Source: an uncultured archaeon | Lineage (GTDB): Archaea > EX4484-52 > JAADEF01 | Length of the DNA: 59,389 nt | Assembly (NCBI GenBank): GCA_964407715.1 | Contig: CAYOWP010000002.1 | Span: forward strand, 53,838 to 113,226 | Direction: 5' to 3' | Part shown: positions 9,089-18,655 of the stretch, one piece after another | Layout of the letters: every line of letters begins with the position of its first letter | Numbering within the stretch: the stretch's first letter is position 1 | Made by a program: the position numbers and the translations under genes | The notes under the pieces: model-generated | Seen by the model: only the letters and a program-made list of their open reading frames with translations | The model's database searches: none | What the model was told of the DNA's origin: nothing

Positions 9089-9379
9089 ATGCCAACTGAA
9101 ATAACACAAGAAGAAATTAAAAAAATCTGCGAAATTGCAAGGTTAAATTTAACAGAAGATGAAATTAAAGAGTTTTCCAGAGATTTAATAAATATCCTGA
9201 AATCCTTTAGTGTCATTAATAAGGTCAATACAGATAATGTAAAGCCTACATTTAGACCCATAGATGTTATTAACAAATATAGAGAAGATAAAATAAAAGA
9301 GAGTCTCAATAGAATAGAGGTTATGAAAAACATAAAAAATAAAGAGAAGTTCTATTATAAAGGGCCAAAAGTAGTGTAA
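9089..9379 (+). CDS. gatC: Asp-tRNA(Asn)/Glu-tRNA(Gln) amidotransferase subunit C
   Basis: 96-aa acidic helical protein (EEIKKICEIARLNLTEDEIKEF...) immediately upstream of gatA with a 1-nt gap. Confidence 0.75.
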   Translation: MPTEITQEEIKKICEIARLNLTEDEIKEFSRDLINILKSFSVINKVNTDNVKPTFRPIDVINKYREDKIKESLNRIEVMKNIKNKEKFYYKGPKVV

Positions 9380-9380
9380 G

Positions 9381-10790
9381 GTGAAGATAATGAATGCAAA
9401 AGAATATATACAGAACATCTCAAAAAAAGAAGAGATAGAGGAATATCACGAAAGAGCATATTCTTTTTTTGAGGAAAAAAATAAGGAGTACAATTTTATT
9501 GTAACATTCTCAAATCATGCTCATGGTGATTTGGAAAATACATCTTTAAAAGGACTTATATTTACGGTTAAGGATTGTTTTACAACAAAAAACCTCACAA
9601 CCACAGCAGGGAGCAAGATATTGGAAAACTATGTCCCTCCATTTGATGCTACTGTTGTCAAAAGAATAAAAGAAAATGGAGGATTTATAATCGCAAAAAC
9701 AGCAATGGATGAATTTGGTTTTGGAAGCTTTAGTACTAACTATTTTAGAGGTCCTGTAAGGAATGCTATAGATAAGGAATATGTGGCTGGTGGTAGCAGT
9801 GGCGGAAGTGCTGTTGCTACTGCTTTAGCAAAGTTTCCACATATCTCTATAGCTGAATCAACAGGGGGAAGTATATCAAATCCAGCTGTATTTAATGGAG
9901 TATTTAGCCTTACACCAACATACGGATTGTTATCAAGGTATGGATTGATAGATTATGCCTCTTCCTTAGATAAACCTGGAATAATGGCAAAATGCATAGA
10001 TGATATTGCAATGACCTTAGATATCTTAGCTGGAATTGATATGAATGACTCAACAACTATTGAGAAGCCTGTAGAATCCTTTGAAAAAGAGATTAAAAAA
10101 GAGAACATTAAATCATATAAAATAGCTTATATAGAGAACTATGCGGAGTTAGCAGATGAAAAAATAAAAGAGGCATTTTTTAAAGTAATAGATTTCTTGG
10201 GAGAAGAGGGATTTAATATAGATAAAATAAGGATATCATATACAGAAGAAGCATTAGCAGCATATTATATAATAGCAACTTCAGAAGCCTCTACTAATTT
10301 AGCAAAATTTTGTGGGATGAGATATGGATATGAAAAAAGCGTTGATGGAAAGTATTATAACGATTATTTCTCAGAGGTTAGAGCATATGGGTTTGGAAAA
10401 GAAGCAAAGAGGAGAATATTGCTTGGTACCTTTGCTAGGATGTCTGGATTTAGAGATGCATATTATCTAAAAGCCCAAAAGATTCGTACTTTAGTAATTG
10501 AGGAATTCAAAAAATATTTTAAAAGATACGACATTCTTTTAGCACCTACAATGCCGATCTTTCCAATAAAAATTCAGGATGCTCATAAATTAAGACCGGA
10601 AGAGATATATGCTATGGACATACTAACAGTAGGGATAAATCTTGCCTCCGTGCCCCATGTTAATATTCCAATAAAATCAAAGAACAAATTCCCAGCGGGA
10701 TTACATATCATTGCTGATCATCTAAAAGAGGTAAAAGCATTATCATTTGGAAGGTTTATTGAGAAAGAATATAAAGGCTTATGGAGGTAA
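9381..10790 (+). CDS. gatA: Glu-tRNA(Gln) amidotransferase subunit A (amidase signature family)
   Basis: Amidase signature GGSSGGSAVATALA with the catalytic Ser-cisSer-Lys context. 469 aa, adjacent to gatC. Confidence 0.85.
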   Translation: MKIMNAKEYIQNISKKEEIEEYHERAYSFFEEKNKEYNFIVTFSNHAHGDLENTSLKGLIFTVKDCFTTKNLTTTAGSKILENYVPPFDATVVKRIKENGGFIIAKTAMDEFGFGSFSTNYFRGPVRNAIDKEYVAGGSSGGSAVATALAKFPHISIAESTGGSISNPAVFNGVFSLTPTYGLLSRYGLIDYASSLDKPGIMAKCIDDIAMTLDILAGIDMNDSTTIEKPVESFEKEIKKENIKSYKIAYIENYAELADEKIKEAFFKVIDFLGEEGFNIDKIRISYTEEALAAYYIIATSEASTNLAKFCGMRYGYEKSVDGKYYNDYFSEVRAYGFGKEAKRRILLGTFARMSGFRDAYYLKAQKIRTLVIEEFKKYFKRYDILLAPTMPIFPIKIQDAHKLRPEEIYAMDILTVGINLASVPHVNIPIKSKNKFPAGLHIIADHLKEVKALSFGRFIEKEYKGLWR

Positions 10791-11558
10791 TTATAAGAGC
10801 TTTATTTGTCCTGGTCTTGGCTCATAGCAGCTTCCTTCTGATAATAGCTCTACAATAATTTCCTCGAGTATCTCCTCATTATAGGGGAGATCCTTTATTA
10901 TTTGTGTGTACTCTACTCCTTCATCTCCTTGTTGTGCTTTAATATATTCAATTACTTGTGCTTTTATATCTTCCTTTTTTATTTCCTCCTTTTCTTCGCT
11001 TTTCATCACATTTATATATGATTTTTCTATTGCTCCTGTTATCAAAGAGGATTCTATCTCGCTTAAATTATAATTATCAACAATATGCTTCACTGCTTCC
11101 TTTCCATCTAAATTTCTCTCAGAAAGCTCCTTTATTATTTTCTTAAATGTTTCTACTTCCTTCATGAATTCCAATCTATGCAAAATAAAATAATTAAGAT
11201 TCTCTATTTTAACAAAATCCTCATTTATTATGTGAATCTCATCATTATATCTACTTACCCTCCCAAATATTGCTACGCAATCTCCTTCCATAATCTCATT
11301 AATTCTCAGCGCATCCTTAAAGAATTTTACCATCACAATGCCAGTTCCATCATCCACATTTACAAACCCATATTTTCTGTCAGGACTTAAATATGTATTT
11401 GTAACAAATCCAACAACCTTCACTCTCTTAAAAGGAGTTAGATATCTCTTGCTCATTCCCCATAATGTTAAATATTCTCCTTCTTGAAGCTCATAATACT
11501 CTGAATTGAAAAGCACATCAATAACCACAGGTCTATAAGTGGAAGTATATTTTCCCAT
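10791..11558 (-). CDS. OB-fold nucleic-acid-binding protein with an acidic C-terminal helical/wH-like region (RPA-like)
   Basis: N-terminal OB-fold-like block (VKVVGFVTNTY...GIVMVKFF...GDCVAIFGRVSRYNDEIHI) and an acidic C-terminal half. Exact family not resolvable by eye. Confidence 0.4.
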   Translation of the reverse strand: MGKYTSTYRPVVIDVLFNSEYYELQEGEYLTLWGMSKRYLTPFKRVKVVGFVTNTYLSPDRKYGFVNVDDGTGIVMVKFFKDALRINEIMEGDCVAIFGRVSRYNDEIHIINEDFVKIENLNYFILHRLEFMKEVETFKKIIKELSERNLDGKEAVKHIVDNYNLSEIESSLITGAIEKSYINVMKSEEKEEIKKEDIKAQVIEYIKAQQGDEGVEYTQIIKDLPYNEEILEEIIVELLSEGSCYEPRPGQIKLL

Positions 11559-11632
11559 ATTAAGGATATATAAATCATTAAGTTTTAAAAATTTGTTAAA
11601 TTAATTTAAAATCAACATTCTTGAAATAATTT

Positions 11633-12970
11633 ATGCTTGAAAGAATTAAGGAAGCAATTATTAATTTCAGATCACAAAAAAAGATTGATAAAAAAGACCT
11701 TGAGGTTCTTTTAAAGGAAATTCAAAGAGCTCTTATTTTGGCAGATGTCAATGTTAAGATTGTATTGGATATTACTGAAAAAATTAAAAGAAAGATATAT
11801 GAAGAAAAGCCAGAAAACATTCCGCTTAGGGATTATGCCATAAAAGCTATATACGAGGTTCTAACAGATTACTTAGGTAAAGAAAAAAGAGAATTAAATC
11901 TAAAAAGGCAAAGAATATTGGTTATAGGATTGTATGGTGCAGGAAAAACAACTACTGCAGCAAAAATAGCATATTACTTTAAAAAAAGAAACTTATCTGT
12001 TTGTTTGGTTTGTGCTGATATTCATAGACCAGCGGCATATGATCAATTAGAATCATTAGCAAAAAAGATAAATGTCTCCTTTTATGGAGAAAGAAATTCT
12101 AAGAACGTAATAGAGATTATAAAAAATGCGATTGAAAAATGTAAGGAAGATGTTATGATAATAGATTCTGCAGGGCGTGATAGCATAAATGAGGAATTAT
12201 TAAATGAAATAAAAAAGATTTATGAAATTTCAAAACCTGAAGAGGTTTTCTTGGTGATGGGAGGAGATATTGGAAGTAGCGCTAAAGATCTAGTTGAGAA
12301 ATTCAAAGAAACAATTCCAATAACAGGTATTGTGTTGACGAAAATGGATTCCTCTGCTAAAGGAGGTGGTGCATTGGTTGCGAGTTATCTCTCTGGTGCA
12401 AATGTTGTATTTTTAGGTACAGGAGAAAAGATAGAGGATCTTGAATGCTATGATCCAAAGGGATTTGTCTCAAGATTATTAGGATTGGGAGATTTGAATG
12501 CCCTTCTTGAAAGAATAAAGGAGTTGGAGGAGGAATATAAGGAAATTAAGCATTATATTGAAAGAGGAGAATACAATATGTATGTTTTTTACGAGCAGAT
12601 TAGAGCAACACAAAAAATGGGAAGCTTTCAAAAGATTTTGGACATGATTCCTGGAGCAAGCATGATTGGTATAAAGAAGGATGAACTTGAAAATCAAGAA
12701 AGAAAAATTAGGAAATGGAAATATATTATAGATAGCATGACTAAGGAAGAAAGATTGCATCCTGAAATAATTAATGCTTCTCGCATAAAAAGAATTGCAA
12801 GAGGTTCTGGTACAAAGGAGGAAGAGGTGCGTGAGCTTTTAAAGGCATATAAGACAAGCGAAAAAATATTTAGAGGATTAAGAACAGGAAAATTCTTAAA
12901 GGATCCAAGATTAAAGAAATTCTTGAAAGCAATACCTAAGGAAGCCCTTCAGAGCCTTCAAGGATTTTAA
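11633..12970 (+). CDS. srp54: signal recognition particle protein SRP54
   Basis: N domain, G domain with GLYGAGKTTTAAKIA (G1), DSAGR (G3) and TKMD (G4), and a C-terminal Met-rich M domain. Confidence 0.9.
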   Translation: MLERIKEAIINFRSQKKIDKKDLEVLLKEIQRALILADVNVKIVLDITEKIKRKIYEEKPENIPLRDYAIKAIYEVLTDYLGKEKRELNLKRQRILVIGLYGAGKTTTAAKIAYYFKKRNLSVCLVCADIHRPAAYDQLESLAKKINVSFYGERNSKNVIEIIKNAIEKCKEDVMIIDSAGRDSINEELLNEIKKIYEISKPEEVFLVMGGDIGSSAKDLVEKFKETIPITGIVLTKMDSSAKGGGALVASYLSGANVVFLGTGEKIEDLECYDPKGFVSRLLGLGDLNALLERIKELEEEYKEIKHYIERGEYNMYVFYEQIRATQKMGSFQKILDMIPGASMIGIKKDELENQERKIRKWKYIIDSMTKEERLHPEIINASRIKRIARGSGTKEEEVRELLKAYKTSEKIFRGLRTGKFLKDPRLKKFLKAIPKEALQSLQGF

Positions 12971-13565
12971 CCCATTGACATCTTCCATTAACACATTTAC
13001 ATGCGACTTTATATTTTTTTGCATCATAGCAATCAAGCCATTCACATGTTGTGATCAAAGGTTTCTCAAACCTTGATTGACAAATCTCTCCAGAGCAACC
13101 AGATTTTATGCAATCCTTATCGCTATTACATTTTCCATATGTTGACCATCCACAAAACTCTGCTGAAGGTGTTAAAACAAAAGAATTACCATCCTTATCT
13201 AAAAACACAATCTTTGTGTTTTTGGGAACATTGAATATAGTTACTCTCTTTTTGCACATGCATCTACAAAGCTCTCCATATTGCCTTTCTATAATCTTAT
13301 AAGTTGAATCTTCTTTCTCAACCTCTACTTTGACCCCACAACAATTGACCCAAATATCAGCACTTAAAGTTTTATTTTTTTCATCATAGTTTATCAAGAA
13401 TTTTTCAGAACTTGGCATTCCTACTTTGCAATCTTCAACATTATAGTTTATCATCTGGGAATTATCTTTTGTTAAGTAATAAACTCCAAGCAAAAACAAT
13501 ATCACTATTCCCACAACAATCTTTGATTTTATGGTTTTCATTTTATTACCTATTCTATCTCCCAC
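12936..13565 (-). CDS. secreted cysteine-rich protein (signal-anchor plus ~18 Cys)
   Basis: Hydrophobic N-terminus (IVVGIVILFLLGVYY) followed by Cys clusters (CCGVKV, CRCMC, CGWSTYGKCNSDKDCIKSGCSGEICQ, CEWLDC, CKCVNGRCQW). The true start is probably the internal Met (MKTIK...). Confidence 0.45.
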   Translation of the reverse strand: MGDRIGNKMKTIKSKIVVGIVILFLLGVYYLTKDNSQMINYNVEDCKVGMPSSEKFLINYDEKNKTLSADIWVNCCGVKVEVEKEDSTYKIIERQYGELCRCMCKKRVTIFNVPKNTKIVFLDKDGNSFVLTPSAEFCGWSTYGKCNSDKDCIKSGCSGEICQSRFEKPLITTCEWLDCYDAKKYKVACKCVNGRCQWVKILEGSEGLP

Positions 13566-13780
13566 GCATCTTCCAAAACAGAAAAATATCTTATAAGAGA
13601 ATTTACGGCTATTTTAAAAGCCATTATATCCTTTGCTTCTATATAAATCTTTTCATCTTTAAAACATACCTTAGCGCGATTTTTTATCTCCCCTTCAGAG
13701 TGTCTCCTCAGAATATCATAGAAAATTTGCTTTTTATGTTTATCCTTAATGTTAAGAGATATGGAGCATGCTATTTTCAT
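13550..13780 (-). CDS. small protein, Pcc1-like (KEOPS complex subunit) candidate
   Basis: 76 aa. The C-terminal block IEAKDIMAFKIAVNSLIRYFSVLEDAWE resembles the conserved Pcc1 dimerisation helix (ieaeDlsalRaslnsylr). It overlaps glyS by 4 nt. Confidence 0.45.
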   Translation of the reverse strand: MKIACSISLNIKDKHKKQIFYDILRRHSEGEIKNRAKVCFKDEKIYIEAKDIMAFKIAVNSLIRYFSVLEDAWEIE

Positions 13781-15261
13781 TCTTTCACCATATTATTTTT
13801 CAAAAAATCTACCAAATCCCTTATTTTTATTCTATCCTGATGTGTTGTATCTCTATATCTTATTGTAACTGTATCATCCTCCAATGTTTGATAATCTATA
13901 GTAATACAATAAGGAGTGCCTATCTCATCCATGCGTGCATATCTTTTGCCTATACTCCCAGAAGAATCAAAGAAGACACAATCTATTTCTTTTTTCAAAA
14001 AAGCATATACCTCATATGCTTTTTCATAAAGACCATCCTTATTAACTAATGGGAACACAGCAACCTTTATTGGTGCTAAAAATGGTTTAAGTTTAAGATA
14101 GATTCTCTTACCTTCCTTGGTATATGCGCTATCTATAATAGCCATAAATACCCTATCAATGCCTATAGAAGGCTCTATCACATAAGGCACAACCTTTCCT
14201 TTTATGTTTTCATCATATACACACAAATCCTTATTGCTATATTTCATATGCTGTCTTAAATCATAATCTCCTCTATTTGCTATTCCCACTATTTCCTTCC
14301 ATCCAAAATCAAAAGCATATTCAATATCCCAAGTATCCTTAGAATAATGACTCAATTCATCCGGTAGGTGTTGCCTTAATCGAAGTTTCTTAGAAGGAAT
14401 GCCCAAATCTATTAAGAATTTATAGATTTCATATAGCCAATATACATGCCAGTTATCTTTAATAATAGATAGAAGATCTTCCCATGTACCTTCAAAAGGC
14501 TCTTTCATGGCTATTTGATCCTCTTTTGTATAGATTATGATTTTCTCTGAGAGATTTATATCTTTGATATAAGGACATTTGTTCTCCATTTCAGGATGTA
14601 TAAAATATTCTATCTCAGCCAATTCAAATTCCCTGCTCCTAAGCAAAAGATTTCTTGGAGAAATCTCATTTCTATAAACCCTTCCTATCTGCGCTATACC
14701 TAAAGGAAGCTTTTTTCTCATAACCTCAAAGGTATTCCTGAAGTTAATGAAAATGTTCTGTGCTGTTTCTGGTCTAAGATATGCCTCTAAAGCTCTTTCT
14801 TTTTTTACACCTATATAAGTTTTGAACATTAAATTGAAGATTTCTATGCTCCTCAAAGATTCTTTTCCGCATACAGGACATCTTATTTTGTTCTCAACAA
14901 TGATTTTCTCGAGTTCTTCTATAGTTTTACCCTCTACATTAATACCTAAAACTTCTTGAATAAGATGATCAGCTCTAATCTCTGTATTACATTCTGTGCA
15001 TATTACAACAGGATCAAAAAAGTTTTCTACATGACCAGAAGCATACCATGTTTTTGGATGTGTAATAATTGCTCCATCTATACCCACAATATCCTCTCTT
15101 CTAAGCACAAATCTTCTCCAAAAAGCCTCTCTAATGGATCTTTTAATCTCAACACCTCTTGGACCATAATCCCAGAAGCCAGCTAAACACCCGTAGATTT
15201 CTCCAGATGGATATATCATACCTGTCTTCTTACAAAATCTTGCCATCTCCTCTATGTTCAT
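13777..15261 (-). CDS. glyS: glycine--tRNA ligase (archaeal/eukaryal-type class II)
   Basis: Class II motifs (GIAQIGRVYRNEISPR, RSREFELAEIEYF) and an anticodon-binding C-terminus. Start placed at the internal Met (MNIEEMARFCKKTGMIYPSGEIYG) matching the canonical GlyRS N-terminus. The track ORF extends to 15309. Confidence 0.85.
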   Translation of the reverse strand: MNIEEMARFCKKTGMIYPSGEIYGCLAGFWDYGPRGVEIKRSIREAFWRRFVLRREDIVGIDGAIITHPKTWYASGHVENFFDPVVICTECNTEIRADHLIQEVLGINVEGKTIEELEKIIVENKIRCPVCGKESLRSIEIFNLMFKTYIGVKKERALEAYLRPETAQNIFINFRNTFEVMRKKLPLGIAQIGRVYRNEISPRNLLLRSREFELAEIEYFIHPEMENKCPYIKDINLSEKIIIYTKEDQIAMKEPFEGTWEDLLSIIKDNWHVYWLYEIYKFLIDLGIPSKKLRLRQHLPDELSHYSKDTWDIEYAFDFGWKEIVGIANRGDYDLRQHMKYSNKDLCVYDENIKGKVVPYVIEPSIGIDRVFMAIIDSAYTKEGKRIYLKLKPFLAPIKVAVFPLVNKDGLYEKAYEVYAFLKKEIDCVFFDSSGSIGKRYARMDEIGTPYCITIDYQTLEDDTVTIRYRDTTHQDRIKIRDLVDFLKNNMVKE

Positions 15262-15271
15262 GATGAACACC

Positions 15272-16528
15272 TTAAACATAATCAAAAATGTTTCTTTGCT
15301 TTTTTTCATTTTCTTTATTGTTTATTTCTTCTTTATTGATCACGGGAACTCCATACATCCCATCACATCCTGGCTTAATAAAAATTTTTCCTTTTCTATT
15401 TTTAATAATTAACTCCTCTAATTTTTTATCTTCTAATGAAAGATTTGCAAATAATAAAACTTGGTATTCGTTTCCATATTTATTAATGAGATCATTATAT
15501 ACGCTCCATACTTCTTTACTATTAATATTTTTATTATATCTTAAACTTAGTATCTCATGTAGCGGGAGTATCTTATAAAATTTTTGTTGATGTTTTCGAT
15601 TCCTATTGTTTTTGTTGGAGAGATCATATACTCTATGTAACACCCCTAACGTCATCTTTTTTCCGCAATATGGGCAGAGATTATTTAATTTCATAGCCTC
15701 CAATGGATGCATACAGATATTGCACTTTCTATGCCCATCATAATGATATTTCCCATAAGCAGGATCCACCTCTATTGTTTCCAATTTCTTGTTTTTTATT
15801 CTCTCAATGATTTCATCAAATGATAAATCCTTTTCATAAAAGATGTTTGCTTCTCTTCCCAATCTCCATGGCCAATAAGAATGGGCATCAGAATTGGAGA
15901 GAAGAGAGAAAGAGTATGTCTCATCTACTAATGCATTCATATCTGGATCGCTACTTAGTCCTGTTTCAATAGTTGAGATGTATCTTGAATATTTTCCAAA
16001 GCATTCTTTCATACTATCAAATCCTGATTTTGAGCCATAAACCCCAAACCAGGGAGTCCAAGCATGTGCAGGAAAAACAAAGATATCTTTAAAGATGTCT
16101 CTCTCTAAGAGAATTTCCATCATCTCCTCACATGATAGCATAAGCGTTGGCCTTCCATCCTCTTCTAAATTACCATATTTTGAAAAGATTTCATTTAATA
16201 TGTCAACAACATCAAAAGATTTTGCTAAAATCACATTATGGACTTTCCTTATTTTGCCATCCTTTTCAAATACATTGTTAATCTCTGTCTCCAATATATA
16301 TTTCATATCCTCATATTCATAAATTCCATCTCTAATTTCTTTAAGGTTTTCTTTAAGTTCTTTTAACCATAAAGGATGTGTGAAATCTCCAGTACCTAAG
16401 ATAGTAAGCCCTTTAATTTTAGCCCAATAGCTCAATTTCTTAAGAGAGATATCATGAGATGTTGCACGACTATAACGAGAATGTATATGCAAATCCGCTA
16501 TTTCCATCTCAAGTTCATTTGAGGACAT
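15272..16528 (-). CDS. PHP-domain metal-dependent nuclease, endonuclease Q (EndoQ)-like, with zinc ribbon
   Basis: N-terminal PHP signature ADLHIHSRYSRATS, more His/Asp metal ligands, and a zinc ribbon (CNIC...CPYC). This architecture and size match archaeal EndoQ. The assignment is from memory of the family, not a search. Confidence 0.5.
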   Translation of the reverse strand: MSSNELEMEIADLHIHSRYSRATSHDISLKKLSYWAKIKGLTILGTGDFTHPLWLKELKENLKEIRDGIYEYEDMKYILETEINNVFEKDGKIRKVHNVILAKSFDVVDILNEIFSKYGNLEEDGRPTLMLSCEEMMEILLERDIFKDIFVFPAHAWTPWFGVYGSKSGFDSMKECFGKYSRYISTIETGLSSDPDMNALVDETYSFSLLSNSDAHSYWPWRLGREANIFYEKDLSFDEIIERIKNKKLETIEVDPAYGKYHYDGHRKCNICMHPLEAMKLNNLCPYCGKKMTLGVLHRVYDLSNKNNRNRKHQQKFYKILPLHEILSLRYNKNINSKEVWSVYNDLINKYGNEYQVLLFANLSLEDKKLEELIIKNRKGKIFIKPGCDGMYGVPVINKEEINNKENEKKQRNIFDYV

Positions 16529-16720
16529 AAAGATAAAAAGAACAGAATAATTTTAAATTTTTTAAAGATAAAGGGAACATGTTTTTGAGAGCATAAAGAT
16601 TTCGTAGAATGCTAACATTTTTAATTGGGTAAATGATTTCAAACTTCCTTAAAAAAGATAGATACTTGAAAACTTTCTCTTTATTGCCTAAATTAAAACT
16701 TCTGAGTTAATAGCTTTACA

Positions 16721-17686
16721 TTAAACAGCCTCTATTGTTGAGGGCGGTTTCTTTGTTATGTTATATGTAACGCTTACAACACCAGGCACTTCTTGCGTTA
16801 ATCTCTCTGCCAGTTTTTCTAAAGTTTCATAAGGAAGCTTTGTTGGAGAAGCTACTTTTGCATCTTCGCTATCCCAACATCTTACTTCTATTTGCAATCC
16901 ATATTCTCTTTTTCCATTCTTTATTCCAGTAACTTTGTCCTCATGCAAAATGGCAAAATATTGAAAAGCCCCTGTTCTTGATAACTCTTCTTCCACAATC
17001 TTTGTTGCCTTTCTTATAATTTCTACCCTTTCTGGCGTAACCTCTCCTATTATCCTTGTTGCCAAAGCAGGCCCGGGAAAGGGAGGTCTATTGTATATTT
17101 CTTCTGGCAAACCAAGAGCCTTTGCTACCTTTCTTATTGCTGGTTTTCTTAGTTGAAGCAGAGGTTCTATAACTTTATAGCCGTATGCTTGCTCAGTATC
17201 AATTCCGAGTTGTTCAAGTATATTATGCTGTCTTTTAATTCCCGCAACGGTTTCTTCTATATCTGTATAGTTTGTGCCTTGGAGAATGTATTTAACCTCA
17301 AGTTTTCTTACCAATGGTCCAAAAACATCTTTGTAAAATGCTTGTGTAATTGCTTCTCTTTTTTCCTCTGGATCTTTAACTCCTTTTAATCTATCAAAGA
17401 AAATTTTTCGAGCATCTATAAGCTCAACATTCACGCCAAGGTCTTTAAACAATGAAACAATATGTTCTGGTTCGCCTTCCCGCATTAAACCATTATCAAT
17501 GAAATAGATCTTGAGCCTATCACCTAAAGCCCTGTGAGCTAGCATTGTCACAGTTGAAGAATCAACACCGCCAGATAATGCGCTGATAGCTTGTTCATCA
17601 CCAACAATTGAGGAAATTTCTTGAACCTTTTCTTCAATAAACCTTTCAGGATCCAATTCTTCCACCGTTATTTCTTTGATTTTCAT
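16721..17686 (-). CDS. guaA: GMP synthase [glutamine-hydrolysing] subunit B (ATP pyrophosphatase)
   Basis: PP-loop SGGVDSS near the N-terminus. ~320 aa, the size of archaeal split GuaA subunit B. Its GC content and amino-acid usage differ from neighbouring genes (see findings). Confidence 0.85.
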   Translation of the reverse strand: MKIKEITVEELDPERFIEEKVQEISSIVGDEQAISALSGGVDSSTVTMLAHRALGDRLKIYFIDNGLMREGEPEHIVSLFKDLGVNVELIDARKIFFDRLKGVKDPEEKREAITQAFYKDVFGPLVRKLEVKYILQGTNYTDIEETVAGIKRQHNILEQLGIDTEQAYGYKVIEPLLQLRKPAIRKVAKALGLPEEIYNRPPFPGPALATRIIGEVTPERVEIIRKATKIVEEELSRTGAFQYFAILHEDKVTGIKNGKREYGLQIEVRCWDSEDAKVASPTKLPYETLEKLAERLTQEVPGVVSVTYNITKKPPSTIEAV

Positions 17687-17742
17687 AATTTTTTATTTCT
17701 TTGATTTAAAATTTATAAAATTTGCTCCTTAGAAAGGTTAGC

Positions 17743-17990
17743 GGCATTGTCCAATAATTCTCTATTTGTTAAGCGGAAAAGTATCCTCTTAAAAAACCGC
17801 ATCAGAGCAGCAAACCTTGTAGAGCTAATGCGATCGTAAGAGCAAATTTTTAGTTAACAACTTCTCATCAAAAATTATTGGACAATTTGTTAACAGGAAG
17901 CATAGCCATATTCAAAGGCTTAACTGTTCTCATGCGCTTCTTTAAGATGTTATTTTTCTGCTTAACAATAAGGAATTATTGGACAATGCC
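17743..17990. repeat. dispersed repeat family, locus A: one complete TIR-bounded unit (17743-17886) abutting a second core plus TIR (17887-17990)
   Basis: GGCATTGTCCAATAAT at 17743, internal ATTATTGGACAAT at 17874, ATTATTGGACAATGCC ending 17990. Core sequences (GTTAACAGGAAGCATAGCCATATTCAAAGGCTTAACTGTTCTCATGCGCTTCTTTAAGATG...CTGCTTAAC) match the other loci. Confidence 0.8.
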
Positions 17991-18242
17991 AAGGATAGCT
18001 GATTATGTGTTATTTTTAAACACGATAACTTTAAAAAATTAACGGTAAGATACCGAAAAATTTAAATATAGATTTGAATTATAATCATTTAAGTGGTGAA
18101 AATGAAAACTTTAAATTTTAAAAAGAACATTTATGATATTTTTATCAGAGATAAGAATATAAAAAATAAGCATAATTTATCTTTTTCTTGTACAAGGTAT
18201 TATATAGTAGTAGCTATGAAGGTGCTTCCATTCTGGATATAA

Positions 18243-18303
18243 TGCGCATCACATACAGCATTTGTATTATATCATGATATTTTTTTGCTGTATGTGATGC
18301 GTA
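18243..18303. repeat. long near-perfect hairpin (16-18 bp stem, ~25-nt AT loop) in the large intergenic region
   Basis: TGCGCATCACATACAGCA ... TGCTGTATGTGATGCGTA are reverse complements of each other. Confidence 0.7.
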
Positions 18304-18357
18304 TAGGAGGACAATCTTATCATAATAATTATAATTTTTAATTCCGAGCCCAACCCT

Positions 18358-18379
18358 CCCGTAAAATGCGGGTTTTTTT
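18358..18379 (+). terminator. short hairpin followed by a T7 tract (intrinsic-terminator-like)
   Basis: CCCGTAAAATGCGGG followed by TTTTTTT. Archaeal termination uses oligo-T tracts. Function not established. Confidence 0.3.
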
Positions 18380-18489
18380 GTTTTCCTTTACTTTTATATT
18401 ATTTTTCATCATGATTATCACCACCTAAATGTTGGGAAAATAACATTTAAATATGTATGTATGAAATAATATTATATAAGAGGATTCAT

Positions 18490-18655
18490 GATGGGCTTTA
18501 TAGGTGAGTTAAGGGCATGAGTAGGGATGAGGAGCAGAGGCTCTGACCTAAATTGTAGAGGAGATTAATAATAACCGGCAGGCAGACACATAACCCCTGC
18601 CAGGGTAGGTGGCAAGTAAGAGCATCTGTGCGTGTCTGCCTGTCCGGGCCCAATC
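18490..18655 (+). ncRNA. GC-rich structured RNA candidate (unclassified; weak SRP-RNA-helix-8-like words)
   Basis: A 15-bp helix CCGGCAGGCAGACACA (18575-18590) / TGTGTCTGCCTG-CCGG (about 18630-18646, one bulge) encloses GCCAGGGTAGGTGGCAAGTAAGAGCA. The outer closure is GATGGGC / GCCCAATC, then an oligo-T. GC content is far above the surroundings and there is no plausible ORF. Confidence 0.35.

Noticed and set aside
9061-9418. Short ORFs (90 and 77 aa) overlapping gatC on the opposite strand
   Set aside because: They are hydrophobic low-complexity translations antisense to a well-supported gatC-gatA operon.
17743-17990. Repeats as origin-recognition boxes (ORB/mini-ORB) of a replication origin
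   Set aside because: Only a weak GGAAAC word is shared with ORB consensus. The same repeat occurs at six loci in 59 kb, far too many for origin boxes. The idea is kept only as a low-probability alternative for the 1-kb gene-free region.
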